Shown piece after piece: positions 10,813-23,200 of a stretch of 38,799 nt of DNA. The position numbers and the translations under genes are program-made. This DNA comes from Asterionella formosa (taxonomy: Eukaryota). Under the pieces are notes generated by a model. The model searched no databases. It had not been told where the DNA came from and was given only the letters and a program-made list of their open reading frames with translations. The stretch lies in the NCBI GenBank assembly GCA_002256025.1, contig NKIB01015014.1, positions 1-38,799 on the forward strand. Direction: 5' to 3'. The number at the start of each line of letters is the position of its first letter. Position 1 is the stretch's first letter.

Positions 10813-12672
10813 TGAATGGGCGATCATTGCTGGTTTGATCCCAATCCCAAGTGTTTTGTATATGTTGTAAGTATGTGGCTATTTTGGTGAATCCACAGGT
10901 TGAATTCAACTGCTGGAAAACTATAATTTTCATACATCACTGTGAACATAGATCATGCCCACTTGCTATATCCAAAACTTTGGCAAATTAATATGTAAAA
11001 AATATGAACATGTACAACAAAGGACAATCAAGCTAACTGTTGGTTGTTCTACTATAATTACCTTTCATGGAAGCTGCCATTACTACTAGTCCTCATCATC
11101 TAATGAAATCATCATGATCATTTTTCATTGCATCATCTTGATGTGCAGGAGAGGGTCTCAAATCATTGCTTGTTTCTAACAATAAAATCAGAAGTTAGCT
11201 ATTTCACTAAAGCAGAAAAGCTTTGGTCACAACAAAGCTAGAATACCCTTATTCCTTACACTAGCCTGCATTGGCTGGCCGCTACCATACACATGTGTTT
11301 GCTGTGCTTTCCATGTTATAAAGTAAGTTTGAAGATGCTACTAATCTGTAGCTCTCAAGCAGTAAAAATTACTAGAAAAATGTTTTTACACAATTGGTTT
11401 GTTTTACTTTGCTTGCTAATAGTTGCTTTTACAAGAGAGTGATCTTAATGTCAGTGTAAATTTGAATGTTTAGTTTTGAAACTCCCAAGCTCATGCATGT
11501 TTCAAAGTAGGGGTGATCCTAGTAGGAGGCGGGATTTATTTGTGTTCCCAACTTGAGAACTGAGAATAAACTAAATCCCCTAATTAAACGTATTTCTTAT
11601 CTTGACTTGTCTTAGACCCTGTTTGATAGACAGCTGCTGATGGAATAATCCTGTGAATAAGAAAATCGTCATATCTAGTTTGCTTCCTGAATGTTCCTCG
11701 ATTTGGCAGACGTATCTGCAATTGTCTAGTCAATCATTTATTGATTTGGCCTCTAGGTATTCTTTATTGCTTCCTAGAGTCCATTTAATAGGGTAGAGAT
11801 GATTCTCAACTGTTGCATTTAATACAGGAACTTCAACCATGTGCTTTTGAATCAATCACATCTATTAGTTTTTGTGTTACATTTGTTCCTAGTGCAATTA
11901 TTGGATAGCTTTGACGTACTATAAAATTTAATTTCAATTTTATATTAATCAGGTCATTTGGCTGACGAGCACGAAATATCGATAAACTCATTCATTACCT
12001 GAGCTGGAATCAGGAATCATTCTGTGTTTCAACTACCGCGTAGAGCTATTGTTAGTACTTAGTACGGTATGTACATGATAATGCATACACATCATCATGC
12101 TGCTGGACGAAAGGGTCCATTTGTGCGTACCCAATTGTTCTACCGGTATGTGTGTGTAATCCGTATGTATACGTACTACCAAACGGGAGGGACCAGTAAC
12201 AGGGTACCGGTACCTGGTACCTGATACCCTGGTGCGTTCTGTAGATGGTTGAGTGATGCATACTTACTACCGGTATGTACGGTACATCCGATGAGTTCCA
12301 GGTGTCAACACCACTGATCCTCGCACTTGCTTCTTGCTTACTTTTTCCATACCACAGCACACCAGTGCCTAATTATGTGTCAAGTATGCTGCAGTAAATA
12401 CATGTTCGCGTCTCATATTCATACCATTCATTGCCTGCGGTGGTACAAATCATTTTTGTGCATACGCGGTATAGACTGATACAGGTATCGGCGGTAAATG
12501 ATGCGTGGCTGCATGGAGATTTTGAGATCATGCCACTTTGTTTTCATTTTTGGGGATGCAATTTGTGGCATCGGTTGTCGAACTACATACCGCATATTTG
12601 ATTGATATTAGCAAGACTTCGTGTTTGTTCCCCACTTTCTCGCCACTGCACTGCTACTTCGTTTAGAACATC

Positions 12673-13536
12673 ATGAAGACTTCCCTCAAATTGATTCTAT
12701 TCCTCGTCGCTATTGCTACACTATCCAGTGCTCAAGATGTGGTCGACAAGGCTACCATCAATCAAGTACCTACTCCAAGTGACACGGCAAATACAACCGC
12801 AACAGAAGAAGCAACGCTAGATCTGGATCATGATGAGCCAAAGGCGGACATGAAAGCCAGCAAAGCAAACGCATCCACTGCCGCCGATTCTGTTCCAAGT
12901 GGAAACGAGGCTCCTGTACAAACGGGACCCTTCATTGACCTTCTCGGGCCCACACTGCTCTCTCTGCAAATGGTGGACGAATCCTCCGCACAACTCGTTG
13001 CACATTACACCAACGAAGCCCTTGCCAACAAAAAAGTGGTTGGATTGTACTTTTCAGCCGATTGGTGTGGCCCTTGTCGGCAATTCACCCCCGAACTCGT
13101 GTCCTTTTACAACAAGATGAATGCTAGAAAGGGGAGGAAGCAAGACTTTGAAATTGTGTGGATATCTCGATGCCGTGATTTCAATTCATTTGGTCAGTAC
13201 TTTACACACATGAATTGGTTGGCAATGCAACCGGAAGATGCTCAAGGACAACGAGGACAGATGCTTAGTGAAAAGTACAAGGTCAAGGGAATTCCTACTC
13301 TGGTGCTGCTGGACGAGATTGGGAATGTTATTACAACGGATGCTCGCAATAAGATACCCATGGACAAGGCTGGAATAGGCTTTCCGTGGAGAAATCCTGT
13401 GGCGACATTGTATATGACTATTTTGCCGAAGTCGCTGAGACTCATGGTCAAAGGAAAAGTAAAGACAGTCAAAGACAAGCTGATGACCAAGGTTAAGATT
13501 GTGTTCGCTGAACTGAACCCATTAAAGGCTAAATAA
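12673..13536 (+). CDS. Nucleoredoxin/tryparedoxin-like thioredoxin with N-terminal signal peptide, 287 aa
   Basis: VGLYFSADWCGPCRQFTP, FEIVWIS, YKVKGIPTLV and FPW motifs; hydrophobic N-terminus MKTSLKLILFLVAIATLSSA. Confidence 0.9.
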   Translation: MKTSLKLILFLVAIATLSSAQDVVDKATINQVPTPSDTANTTATEEATLDLDHDEPKADMKASKANASTAADSVPSGNEAPVQTGPFIDLLGPTLLSLQMVDESSAQLVAHYTNEALANKKVVGLYFSADWCGPCRQFTPELVSFYNKMNARKGRKQDFEIVWISRCRDFNSFGQYFTHMNWLAMQPEDAQGQRGQMLSEKYKVKGIPTLVLLDEIGNVITTDARNKIPMDKAGIGFPWRNPVATLYMTILPKSLRLMVKGKVKTVKDKLMTKVKIVFAELNPLKAK

Positions 13537-13644
13537 GTAAACTTCACGATGCTTTTATCACACAATTACGATCGCACAATTGTTTGATATCGATTCCTGC
13601 AAGGCGGAGTTTTTCACTGCTAGAAAATATCGTATTCTATTCCT

Positions 13645-14970
13645 TTACTCGTCGTCATCGCCATCCTCATTGTCTGATAGAATTCCAAGTTGCTCGTAAA
13701 CTTTTCCAACCTTTTCATACTCACTCACAATTCTCAACAAGATTTCTCTTCGAGCCTCAAAACTATTTCCTCCCAAGAATAGTGGATCTGCCCGAGATGG
13801 TAAAACGACTTTGAATCGATCTGAATACATCTCCACTAAATGCCTGGCTGATTCCATTTGCAATTGAATGCCAGCCTTGCTCGTTGTAATGTACCCTCGA
13901 TAATCCAGTGCAGGTCCTGGTGAGTCCTGGTCTCGATCATCTTCAATGGGAATAGTGTATCCAGACACGACAGCCTCGAGATTTGGAAATAAATAGCTGA
14001 TGGTACCAAATGTATGTCCCGGAGTGTACACCGCCAAAACGGTTTTTCCCTCTTGTCGGGCTCGAATGCCTTCTGGGGAATATGCCTCGTTCTCCTCAGT
14101 CATTTCTTCGTCCGGCGGCGTTTCTTTCTTGTCAATAATCCCCTTGGTCGTATCTTCATCCCACTCCTCTCGTGTTAGCGGTCGTCCCGTTTCCTCGAAC
14201 GTCATATTTTTTATAGTCGTTCCTGACTTGTCCAACGCCCAAGGCCCATACCCATCCAAACGTTGAGTTACCAATTCGGCACAATCTCGAGGAATGTCCA
14301 AACGGTATCCAACCACATGTACGTCCTCAAAGACAGACTTCCATTGGAACAAATCCGATCGACGAGTTGTAAATACAGCCGGTGCTTGGTTGTAGTGAAT
14401 GGCATCCTTACTTGTTAATAAAATGGCGTCCAACGTGCCCAATGGTCCCATATATCGCCGCAATTTGGCTGCCAAGAGTTCTGAATAGGGAGGAACATCA
14501 GTCATAACAAAGGAACAACTTGAGGTGGATGAGGGATCTGTCACATTGATTAAGTACCGAACTGGCTCTAACCCCCCACCCGTGCTGGTGGTAACAATCT
14601 GTGCCACTCCCTCGAGCCCTTCGATAGGAACCAAGACAGTTTCAAATTGAGTTTGACTTTCTTCTTCCATCACATCACTGACTGAAATACCTGTGGTGGG
14701 AATATGCAATTCTTCCGGCAGTACTGGTCCCTCCTGCTGTTGTGGTTGACGTTGCTGACCTCGTCGAAAGGCATTCTCCACCACATTGGCCGCCTCACTT
14801 GTGTCGGTCGGATTTCTGAGCCAATCTGATGGCTGCTGGGATTGCAGGAGAACACCAAACAGCCCAGTGGGATGACTGTAGTGACGAATAAAGGCATTAC
14901 TGTTAGAAACAAGTATGCAAAGCAGCGCTGATATCCGAACAATTACAACAATCATGGTGAAGATCATCAT
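13645..14970 (-). CDS. Metallo-beta-lactamase-fold-like protein with degenerate metal site, probable plastid presequence, 441 aa
   Basis: VYTPGHTFGTISYLF motif and D-x-PP motif; the HxHxDH position reads LLTSKDAIHY; signal peptide ends SNA-F. Confidence 0.65.
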   Translation of the reverse strand: MMIFTMIVVIVRISALLCILVSNSNAFIRHYSHPTGLFGVLLQSQQPSDWLRNPTDTSEAANVVENAFRRGQQRQPQQQEGPVLPEELHIPTTGISVSDVMEEESQTQFETVLVPIEGLEGVAQIVTTSTGGGLEPVRYLINVTDPSSTSSCSFVMTDVPPYSELLAAKLRRYMGPLGTLDAILLTSKDAIHYNQAPAVFTTRRSDLFQWKSVFEDVHVVGYRLDIPRDCAELVTQRLDGYGPWALDKSGTTIKNMTFEETGRPLTREEWDEDTTKGIIDKKETPPDEEMTEENEAYSPEGIRARQEGKTVLAVYTPGHTFGTISYLFPNLEAVVSGYTIPIEDDRDQDSPGPALDYRGYITTSKAGIQLQMESARHLVEMYSDRFKVVLPSRADPLFLGGNSFEARREILLRIVSEYEKVGKVYEQLGILSDNEDGDDDE

Positions 14971-15044
14971 GATTTTACTTTATTTCTAAAAGCAAATGGC
15001 AGATTTTTGATGGTGGCTGAATTGACGGTAGACCAAATTAATAC

Positions 15045-15520
15045 TAATACCGGTACAGCCACCGGTATACTCCTACCTTTAGTACAGTATGCATCACCTG
15101 GTACCAGTACACACATACCACCATGCTGCTGATCCCACGAAACAAAAAAGCAATGCCTGATTGGGTGGCAAGAATGATGGAAGATGCTGATGGGGTGAGA
15201 CTACCAGGACCTGGTACCTCTGCTACGTACGCATAGTATGAGGGTGTGAATAGCGATATCCATACCACAGCCATTATCGTAGCTATCCGGTACCTGGTAC
15301 CTGGTACTGGTAGCGTTGACATGATGATGGAAGGTGTGTGGTGTGATCTTGGTCTGCAAAAATAATTTCCGGGAATAGTCCCGGTAAGATGAAGCTACCT
15401 GGTACCAGGTAGCAAGAATGGGTACAGTACCAGGTACCTGGTACCACTAGTCCACGGTACCAGGTGCGATGTACCGGTAGCAGGTAATCCTATGGAGTAG
15501 CCCACAGTGCTCCGGGGTAC
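15045..15520. repeat. Dense GGTACC palindrome cluster, including a perfect 20-bp palindrome at 15394-15413 and an 18-bp palindrome at 15427-15444
   Basis: gctacctggtaccaggtagc and gtaccaggtacctggtac are each self-complementary. Confidence 0.85.
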
Positions 15521-15864
15521 GGTAATGACAAGCAAATGTCTTCTTCGAGTGCAAATCGTGTGTCAACGCAGCACCTTCCTTCTCACGGTCCAGTAGAAAG
15601 CAACCATGACACTTTGTTGGACTATATTTTTTGCTAACAATCCTGCACCATCCCCAAGTTATTTGAAAAGCCATTGGTTGGTGCACGATTTGGGGGTGGA
15701 GGGAACAAGGAAACCTTTACTGGCAGTCGTAGATGAAGTTCGAGTACTACTAGGTGCTTTTCTGCTCACTGCAACATAATAAACTCGCATTTATACTTTA
15801 TTATCATATGTGCAAACTCTTGTAGTTATTATTATATAGAATGCTGATAGCAATGATCTATTGT

Positions 15865-16215
15865 TCATGCAAACCCACGCACTGCCTCTTGTGCTATTGA
15901 TTTCACAGTAGGGTTCAGCATTGCAGCCTTTTGATCAAGTGTTACAAGTTTTTCTCGTCCAGAAGCAACCTCCGCATTATCACCTGTCACTGCATGCGAC
16001 ATCAAGATCAACCGCATAAATAGTGTAGCAGCAGATGATCCCACAATTCCGACACCAAGCAGTAGGTGCTTCTGGCGACGAGTTTTGGCCTCACGATACA
16101 ACGTCACGCAAAAGTGTGCAATCGGAGTTGATGCAATAGGTCCTAGGTACATCCATTGCCTCTCACGGACTCTCGCCAAGACAACAGCATGTGCTTTGTC
16201 ATTTCCGTATGACAT
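15865..16215 (-). CDS. Small hypothetical membrane protein, 116 aa
   Basis: ATG at 16215 preferred over 16281 because the upstream stretch is AT-rich and UTR-like; hydrophobic segments YLGPIASTPIAHFCVTLY and LLLGVGIVGSSAATLFMRLILM. Confidence 0.65.
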   Translation of the reverse strand: MSYGNDKAHAVVLARVRERQWMYLGPIASTPIAHFCVTLYREAKTRRQKHLLLGVGIVGSSAATLFMRLILMSHAVTGDNAEVASGREKLVTLDQKAAMLNPTVKSIAQEAVRGFA

Positions 16216-17469
16216 AATAGGTGAATTTTTTTTTCCAAAATTGATATTGCGAAACCGCAGGAATGTGTAATATTGTGACATGAGATTTTAAACCTCAAGT
16301 ATTGCATAAAAGATCCGCATATGGTGATATTTGACAGCTACGATATCGCTACAGCCTATAAATAGATACATTACTTACCGGTACTATACTATGTAAAAGG
16401 TACAGGTACTTACTCACAGGTACCGGGAACTGCCGCGGTGAATTTAAAATACCGGTATATTTGTAGCCGTGAAAATGGCCTTGCACAAATCCGAATTCGG
16501 CCGGTCATATGAGATTACACCATGCTGCCTGACTTACTGGTACCAGGTACCTGGTGTACCATCAAGTAACAGGTAGCCTGGAACCGGGAAAGTCAGACAA
16601 CAAATGATATTTCATTGAGATACCTCTGGTTGAGTCATTCTATGGTTAACATGCACAGTATGGTGGAGATATGCACGACAAATACATATGTATGTCCTGG
16701 AACTTGAACCTATGGCTTTATGGCAGACAGCCAACTGCCAGCAGTACATCTAAGCCGCGAAATACGCCACTTTTCGAAATTTCATTTACATAGGAGTGTC
16801 AATGATGGGGTACTTCACATGAATTAATGCCACTCTTACCGTAAAAAATGATACTTTTAACGGTTTCATGTGAAGTTTTCACAATGACTTTCTTGAACTC
16901 GAGACTGAATTAGTTGATGTTTCAAATAATTCATTTCAAAGTTCAACTAATATCCTGCTCTTGTGGCTAATTCATTTACAACACGCATCTTTATTTGTGA
17001 AATAGCAAGGATATTTGTGGTGTCTTATTTCATGCATGGACAATCTACAGCTTATAGTTGTGCACTTCATGTAAATAATATGAATTATTATAGTGAACAA
17101 GACTTCTCTTCGAGGTTTTCACGTGATGGTTCAGAATCATACAGTGATTTCCATGACAAAACTAGCTCATGTTACAACTACATATTTTAAAAGTTCAAGA
17201 TAAAATTGTTTTAGAGGATAAATCATTGCGAAAGACAACCTAAGTAATGTATGGTAAATATGCCAAGAAGGTATGAATTGGCCAAGAAATGACAGTGAAA
17301 AGAGTTTTTGTCATCCTCATGCACCAAATTGACACAACCATAAACATCGCCGCTGTAGGCTGAAGAAAGTGCGCATTGTCAATGTAAAATTGGCAAATTG
17401 AAGTCGTACCAACATGCAAATGCAACACTGACTCGAGCAAGTGTCCTTTGGCGCTTATCAGAAGCACTC

Positions 17470-18120
17470 ATGCGACGATAGCTAACCAAGTTAAGTACTG
17501 GTGGTACAAGCACGACCCCGAGTGCATGTTGTTGTCTTGCACTGTGTTGGTGTGGCTCAGTTGTTCTAACCCCTTGGCGCTTTTTCCCCTCAAATACTCC
17601 ATCCGTACTCATGATTGATAGATTGATCATCACAGCGAGGATTGCAGTCATTGGATGCTCGCTTAGTCAAAGTGGCCTTGCTGCAGAATTCAAATCTTTC
17701 CATTCTCAAACCAGGTTACTACAACAACTTGGGCAACAAAGGTATGTTTTAATACGTTGGCTGTCGGGATTTCAGCACACCGCGCTTTGGGATCGTTGGA
17801 TCTTGGATTCAACCAAGTCGGCGATGATGGGATTAGATCATAGGCACGTGCTTTGTTTGGATCTGCCTTGCATACGCTCTACTTGGCAGGGATTCACATG
17901 CGGGAAGAAGGAGCCATGGCGTTGGCTGATGGGATCAGGAGAGGGTGCGCTGTGAACAAACTGTATTTGACTGGAAACCGGTTAGATAGGGCCAGATGGA
18001 GTGATTTCAGTAACAGAAGCCATTCTAGAAGATGAACTGAGAGCGACATGTGGAGTTAGCTCTTTTTAGGCGGAACAAGCATGGGACCGATGGGTTGCCA
18101 CACAGTTGCTACAATGCGTG
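17470..18120 (+). pseudogene. Leucine-rich-repeat (RI/NLRC3-like) gene fragment
   Basis: Pieced together across frames: LDARLVKVALLQNSNLSILKPGY-NNLGNKG, ALGSLDLGFNQVGDDGIRS*(TAG 17841)ARALFGSALHTLYLAG..NKLYLTGNRL, LFLGGTSMGPMGC. Frameshifted and 3'-truncated. Confidence 0.8.
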
Positions 18121-18998
18121 CTCTGAATGTACAAATCGCACAGAATTGAGGAAGACACAACAGATTAAAATTTCATCATGCAAGTAAATTGGTTAACTCA
18201 TCAGTTGATTGTTTTCAAAATAAAATCCAGGCGTATTTTTTTACTATAGTAGGACAAGGCTAATGGTAGCTCGTCCAGTGCATCAAGTGCAATTAGGAGT
18301 AACTATTGGCTGTGGTGTCCTCTCCCTCTTGTAATATTTGTTCAAGTCACACTTGTAGCCTCAGAAATTTGTCCCGACGAAATTGTTAGCAAGACTACGC
18401 CAGATTTTTTGGTGTAGATTGTAGGTTGTTCTGTTGGTACGAAGAGGCAGTCATGGCTGCGCCAGGATTTTTGACCATCTGAATTCATGAAAACACCAAC
18501 ATTCAACACCACTGTGAACAATTTTTTTCAACATGGGGAAGACCCTTTCAACTAGCACCCCCCCCCCTTCCAGATTTTCAGCTGCCTCACTATAAACAAA
18601 TCTTTATCAGCTCACATATGGTTTGTTGCACCAACAAAAGGTGGAATGATGCAACATTGAGATCGTCCGCAATGGATGCTTTTAAGGTACTTTTTTTCTT
18701 GCTTTTTTGCTATCGTATCACCAAGCCAGGGATAACTCATACTGAGCGATATGCTGTTGTTTTCAACAGTTATTTGACATTTGAACACGCCTTTTCAGAA
18801 AAGGAGTGTTCTTTTGAAAGCAGGAGTGTTAGAAGGTGAAATGATGCAATATGGAGTCCTAAGGTAAGCTTAATCCTCAGTTTTTGTCATCACATCAGCA
18901 AAGCGAGCGATATTGCTACAAAACAAAAGGCTGTTGCTGAACACTGCAGTACCAGTTGCAAATGTAACAGTGCCACTTTAGGATATGATGGAAGGACT

Positions 18999-19107
18999 AC
19001 CAGTCTAAGAACAATGCAACAACAATTGCAAAGAAATGCAAGGAGTCTTCAACAGAACTGACAAGCAAGATAAAACGGGAACACCACCAGTCTAAGAACA
19101 ATGCAAC
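18999..19107. repeat. 22-bp exact direct repeat, 87 bp apart
   Basis: accagtctaagaacaatgcaac at 18999-19020 and 19086-19107. Confidence 0.9.
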
Positions 19108-19216
19108 TACTGCAAAAAATGCAAACACTATAATATTATCTAACCATCACCTATGAACAACTGACATGGATCACATTGCTTAGATTTGTCAGAGGACATC
19201 ACTTTATTTGTGAAAT

Positions 19217-19725
19217 TTATAGGAGGGGCTCCGAAAATCTGCTTGTATTGTTGAGGTGTTCTTCAATCAGCTGATTGTGCTGTTTGGGTATTTCCTTAAC
19301 CTTTAAAATGTCACAAAAGAAGGAACCCACAGTAATTTCTTCGGTATTGTCAGCAAGTCGTCCAACTTGTTTCTCGTCGGCATCAAATAGTAAATCATTG
19401 AGGTTTGTATAATCCTTGACTTGTGTCTGCGACCACTTTCGACACAATAAAAAGTCGATCTTGGGTACAAGTATAAGTACAGGCCAACAGAATTGTGAAA
19501 ATGACAGGTCTCAGCGTCCCATCGACAGTATTAATGTATGTACATACCAGTATAGTCAACCATGCATCATGCACGGAAGGTGATGTGAAGTCGTTCTAAA
19601 CGTTGCTACAAATAGAACTCACTCACCATTGCTCTCCCGTTCAGTAGACAGGCGAATGTAAGAATCAATCCAGCGAAACACGCGACAATGACAGCCGCAG
19701 TCTCGAGTTCTTCCTTTCGCTTCAT
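19217..19725 (-). CDS. Two-exon single-pass membrane protein, 113 aa (exon 1 19725-19627, exon 2 19459-19217)
   Basis: Exon 1 MKRKEELETAAVIVACFAGLILTFACLLNGRAM ends at a consensus donor ATG|GTGAGT. A 167-nt intron ends in a pyrimidine-rich tract and AAG. Exon 2 is in frame with the track ORF and ends FSEPLL*. Confidence 0.6.
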
Positions 19726-19835
19726 TCTAGTCGTCAAAGCTATTTTAATACTAGTCTAATGCTGTCGTTCGAACATGCAGCAGTTTTTTTATTTTTTCAT
19801 GTGTGCCCAGATTTGAGAATTTTGTGACATAAATC

Positions 19836-20115
19836 GGTAGGTACCTGATGGTACCAGTATCACGTCTGGTGAGCGAAGTACTGGTACCAGGTACCTGTAT
19901 TCCGTTCCACCTGCGACCTTGTACCTGGTACCAGGTACCATTTACCAAGTACCTTGTATACCGGGCATCTCGTATCGGTACCTGGTACCAGGTAGGTACT
20001 CCGATTCACTCCGTACTTGGTTGGCTCCTACCAGTTACCTGGTACTCGTAGATAATGTATTACCATGAGGAACTCTTTTGAACTCATCTACCGGTACCGG
20101 TATTACCGGGTACAC
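19836..20115. repeat. GGTACC palindrome cluster in a divergent promoter
   Basis: gtacctggtaccaggtac at 19921-19938, tacctggtaccaggta at 19979-19994, and many partial copies. Confidence 0.85.
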
Positions 20116-20274
20116 TGTGTTATTATCTGGTATGTACCTCGTACACAAAAATAAAAGAAATATTATAAAATTATAATTATACGGGTATATCGTATACAGG
20201 TATTCCGATAAAAATATATTACCGGTAGTCTATTTACAATACATGCATTTATTTATTATTGGTCAAGTTTGACA

Positions 20275-23200
20275 ATGTTACGGCGTCGGCTCCTTTCTTG
20301 GTTCTTTATGCTGCTACTGGCAGCATCTTGCAAAGCCTTTGACGACTATGAACATGATCATGACCATGATAATGATGATCCTGTCGGTGAAGAGGTTGAT
20401 TCCTTCGTCGTCTTTGGAACATTTGATGACCAAGTCAGCTCGAACGATCCGTTCACCCCTTCCACCACTCTTGATCCTCCTTCCACCACCACCCCTCCTC
20501 CTGCTCTCGAGTGTGGGTTATACATGGCAGAATCATCACTACCGAATTCTGGATGGGGCATGTACACTGCCGTTGCAATAAATCGTGGGGATTTCATCCT
20601 TCCATCGGATGTTGTAATTCAAGTCAATGACAGACTGGCTTATTATGAAACGACAATCTTGACAATGAATAATAGTGCAACTAGTACTACACTTCCCCAT
20701 TGGTTAATAGAACAATATTACTGGAACCCACGATTGTCCGGTGCAACGTTCGATGCAAACAAGGTGGAAAGTATCATTCCTGGGTTGGGGATGTTGGCCA
20801 ATTCACATACTGGATTACTCAATGTGGAAAATCTAGGTCCCATGATGGTCAAGGATAACAACGCAAGGAGACGAATGTCACAACCAAGTTTGGGAGCATA
20901 TACAGAATATTCAAACCTGACCTTTCAAGCCATGATAGATATACCTGCTGGGCATGAATTGTTTGTGGAATATGGGGATGATTGGTTTGCTGATCGAGAA
21001 CAGACCTTTGGTGAGGGAAGGATTCCATTGAGCCAAGATTGGAAACGTGCGGATGAGATTATATCCATGTTGCAGCAGTTGTGTGGAAAGTATAGTATTG
21101 GTACTAATACTTCTACGCAACAACAGTCATTATTTTGTATTGATCTTTGGAACCTAATCCGAAAGGAGATACAAAGTGCTGTCAATCCACGATTATTGAC
21201 AGCATTACCAGAAACAATCGAAGATGTAATGAAAATACTGGAAAGTGAAAATAAAGGAACTGCCTATCATTCAGTTCCAAATCTTATTCGGTCACAAGAT
21301 TGGCTTCAAAACAATGGATTATGTCTGGATCACATTAGGGTGGACATGATAAAAGACATAGGACAGGGGGCATTTGCCACAAGAGCATTGCCAAATGGTA
21401 CTATTGTTGCTCCAGCACCAGTTATACATGTACATCGAAATCATTTGAAATCATACATTGTGGACCAAAATGAAAAGTCCCAAATTCACTGGGAAGGACA
21501 TCAGCTTCTTTTGAACTATATGTATGGGCATCCAGAGTCATCGCTCCTCTTTTTCCCATACTCGCCAGCCACGAATACTATCAATCATTCAAGTGAACCA
21601 AATACAAAAATACGTTGGAGCTCATCTCAATCAAAACCAGAGTGGTTGGAATTGTCAACGGACGAGCTCATTCGCAAAAATGAGCATGCTGGACTAATGA
21701 TGGAGTTTGTTGCCATTAAAGATATTGAACAAGGAGAAGAAATTACTGTAAACTATGGTGACTCATGGCAACAAGCTTGGGATCGGCATGTGGAGAATTG
21801 GGTAGAACCTGATAATGCTGAAGAATTTACTGGTGCGCATGCATTGCGAGACATTGATAGATTACCTCCTTATTTGGAAACAGATACAGAAAAGGCATTA
21901 CCTACTAATGTTATGACAGTCTGTTGGGTTAAAAATTTGAAGCGAACTGCAGAAGTGGAGGGTAGCAATGTTCCATGGACCTGGAGAAAAACTAATACTG
22001 CGAATGTCGGCGATGCACAACGCTGCTGGATTGAGTACTGGCAAAATAATGACTCAACATATGTTGTAACTACTTTGGTTGACAATATGTATCAAAAGGT
22101 CAAGGACCTTCCTCGGCACGCCATTGAGATTGTAGATCGACCTTACACTTCAAATCAATACCTTCGTGATGCCTTCCGACACGAAGCACATCTTCCAGAT
22201 GAAATGATTCCTGATAATTGGAGAGACCTTACTATCACCGAGGAGAAGTGTCAGTATTACATGGCCGAATCTTCCATTCCACATGCTGGACTTGGAATGT
22301 ACACTGCCAAGGCCCTCAAAAAGGATCAGGACATTTTCTTTTCTGATCTTGTGGTTCAAGTTGAAGATGTGAATGTCAACCAGAAGCTTAGGAAATGGCA
22401 TCACGATATTCAGGACGATACACCAGACTGGCTGATGGAAAACTATTTTTGGCAACCACACAATACGGCAGGCACAAATGAAGCAAGTGATGTGGAATCA
22501 ATAGTTCCAGGTCTTGGTATGCTTGCCAACAGCCATGATGGACTGGTGAATGCACACATGGTTCGTCCATCATTGGACAACAGTGATCTCCGTAGACAAC
22601 ATGATCCCGGTGCTGGTGCTGTCACGTACTATCATAATTTGAAGTTTACTGCCAGCGAAAATATAGATGCGGGTTCCGAGATTTTTGTTGAATATGGGTC
22701 AGAATGGTTCCTGAATCGAGCCGAAGAGATGGGCCCGGTTCCTGTTGCAGATGATTTTGAAGAGGCTGATATACTTTTGATGAAGTTTTGGCATGCCATT
22801 GGTGGAGATCCTGGTACTGAAATGGCACGCGATCTTTGGGAACTCATGTGGAGCACATCTGCGCCAGTCGAAGATAGTCGGGTTAGGATGGCTCTTCCAA
22901 GAGACCTTGAAAAGGTTGAAGAAGTCCTGGACATTGGGACAGCTAGAAATTCAGTACCAGAGTCAATCCGATCCATACGATGGCTAGAAGAAAATGGACG
23001 TTGCATAGACAACATAATGCCAAAGCAGTCAACAATACAGCAAGCTGGAAAAGGTGCATTCGCCACCAGGCATATTTTGAAAGGTGATGTGGTATCCCCG
23101 GCTCCTCTAGTTCATCTTCGACGAGAGCACATGGAAATTTACGATAGCCGAGACATCGACAACAGAAAGTCCAAGACATGGTTTGATGGACACCAGCTCG

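Noticed and set aside
10830..11900. CpG-poor stretch with an intron-like GTAAGG..GCTAAC..TTAG on the minus strand (about 11259-11177)
   Set aside because: No coherent reading frame or recognisable protein; it may be a decayed element, but I cannot support a call
12052..12360. Small ORFs rich in VPGT/WYQV/RYQV (also 15044-15322, 19751-20051)
   Set aside because: Translation artefacts of the GGTACC palindrome clusters
18999..19107. Direct repeats resembling a mini CRISPR array
   Set aside because: Only two copies, similarity extends into the spacer, eukaryotic context and no cas genes
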